Shown here piece after piece: positions 63,807 through 64,000 of a DNA stretch of 64,000 bases (the first letter of the stretch is position 1; the number at the start of each line of letters is the position of its first letter). Made by a program: the position numbers and the translations under genes. The notes beneath the pieces were generated by a model. It did no database searches and was not told the origin of the DNA. It was given only the letters and a program-made list of their open reading frames with translations. This stretch comes from Dermatophilaceae bacterium. Lineage in GTDB: Bacteria > Actinomycetota > Actinomycetes > Actinomycetales > Dermatophilaceae. The DNA lies in contig JBDIAR010000001.1 in the NCBI GenBank assembly GCA_039812545.1, forward strand, positions 1,946-65,945. Direction: 5' to 3'.

Positions 63807-64000
63807 ATGAGTACGCCACCGCCGCCGCCCCGGCCCCCTCGACCCGGCCGCGCCCGGGAGATCCTGTTGTGGACCGCCGTGGCGCTGGCCGCCGCGGCCG
63901 CGGCGGTGATCCTCATCGTGCAGCCGTTCCAGGACACGGCGCCGTCGAACCCGCCGTCGGTCACCTCCCCGAACACGACGACCACCGGCCCCTCTCCGAC
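63807..64000 (+). CDS. Possible membrane-anchored Pro-rich protein, 3' end cut by window edge
   Basis: From ATG 63807: MSTPPPPPRPPRPGRAREILLWTAVALAAAAAAVILIV... stays open to the window end. No homology recognised. Confidence 0.3.
   Translation, partial: MSTPPPPPRPPRPGRAREILLWTAVALAAAAAAVILIVQPFQDTAPSNPPSVTSPNTTTTGPSP

Noticed and set aside
1-64000. Mobile elements, prophage, integrative islands or defence systems (restriction-modification, toxin-antitoxin, Cas, abortive infection).
   Set aside because: No transposase, integrase, recombinase, phage structural genes, tRNA attachment sites or recognisable defence-gene motifs were seen on either strand. The only low-GC patches are short intergenic regions.

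Overview
High-GC (about 70-72% by eye) actinobacterial chromosomal segment. It is gene-dense, with about 50 CDS, and many neighbouring genes are joined by 4-nt ATGA/GTGA start-stop overlaps. I found no rRNA, tRNA, transposase, integrase, phage genes or CRISPR array.

Gene content is mostly core and accessory metabolism:
- a coxMSL-like molybdenum hydroxylase next to a nucleobase permease, and PPK2
- an MFS exporter, a GNAT and an asparaginase
- an OmpR/HK two-component pair with a PH-domain protein
- the proteasome activator Bpa (C-terminal GQYL)
- a PadR-ABC-FtsX export operon
- a VanY-MobA-Qor-VanZ operon opposite a second VanY-like gene
- hutH/hutF
- a TPP-riboswitch-controlled thiamine ABC importer
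- a radical-SAM/SPASM gene coupled to hemY
- a complete methylmalonyl-CoA:pyruvate transcarboxylase operon (5S-12S-small-1.3S), which suggests a Propionibacteriales-like host (inference)
- a secreted lytic transglycosylase with four PKD domains
- a Ski2-like/DUF3516 helicase
- xdhABC-guaD purine catabolism
- glycerate kinase, a TetR-ABC exporter, glyoxylate/hydroxypyruvate reductase, aminotransferases, a nitronate monooxygenase, a PucR regulator and a thioesterase

The most unusual signal is not a gene. The word GTATGCC(G)/(C)GGCATAC occurs about 104 times by hand count, roughly one per 600 bp and about 15-20 times the compositional expectation. It appears on both strands, in genes and in spacers, and is written into coding regions with otherwise rare codons.

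Other notable structures:
- an intergenic tandem array of that word
- a two-copy REP-like palindrome that supplies stop codons and C-termini to convergent genes
- a candidate 6C-like sRNA with C-rich loops
- several short tandem or direct repeats in promoter regions
- a low-GC non-coding island
- a doubly frameshifted histidine-phosphatase gene

All coordinates and counts come from manual reading. Start codons are my best choice and several are uncertain.
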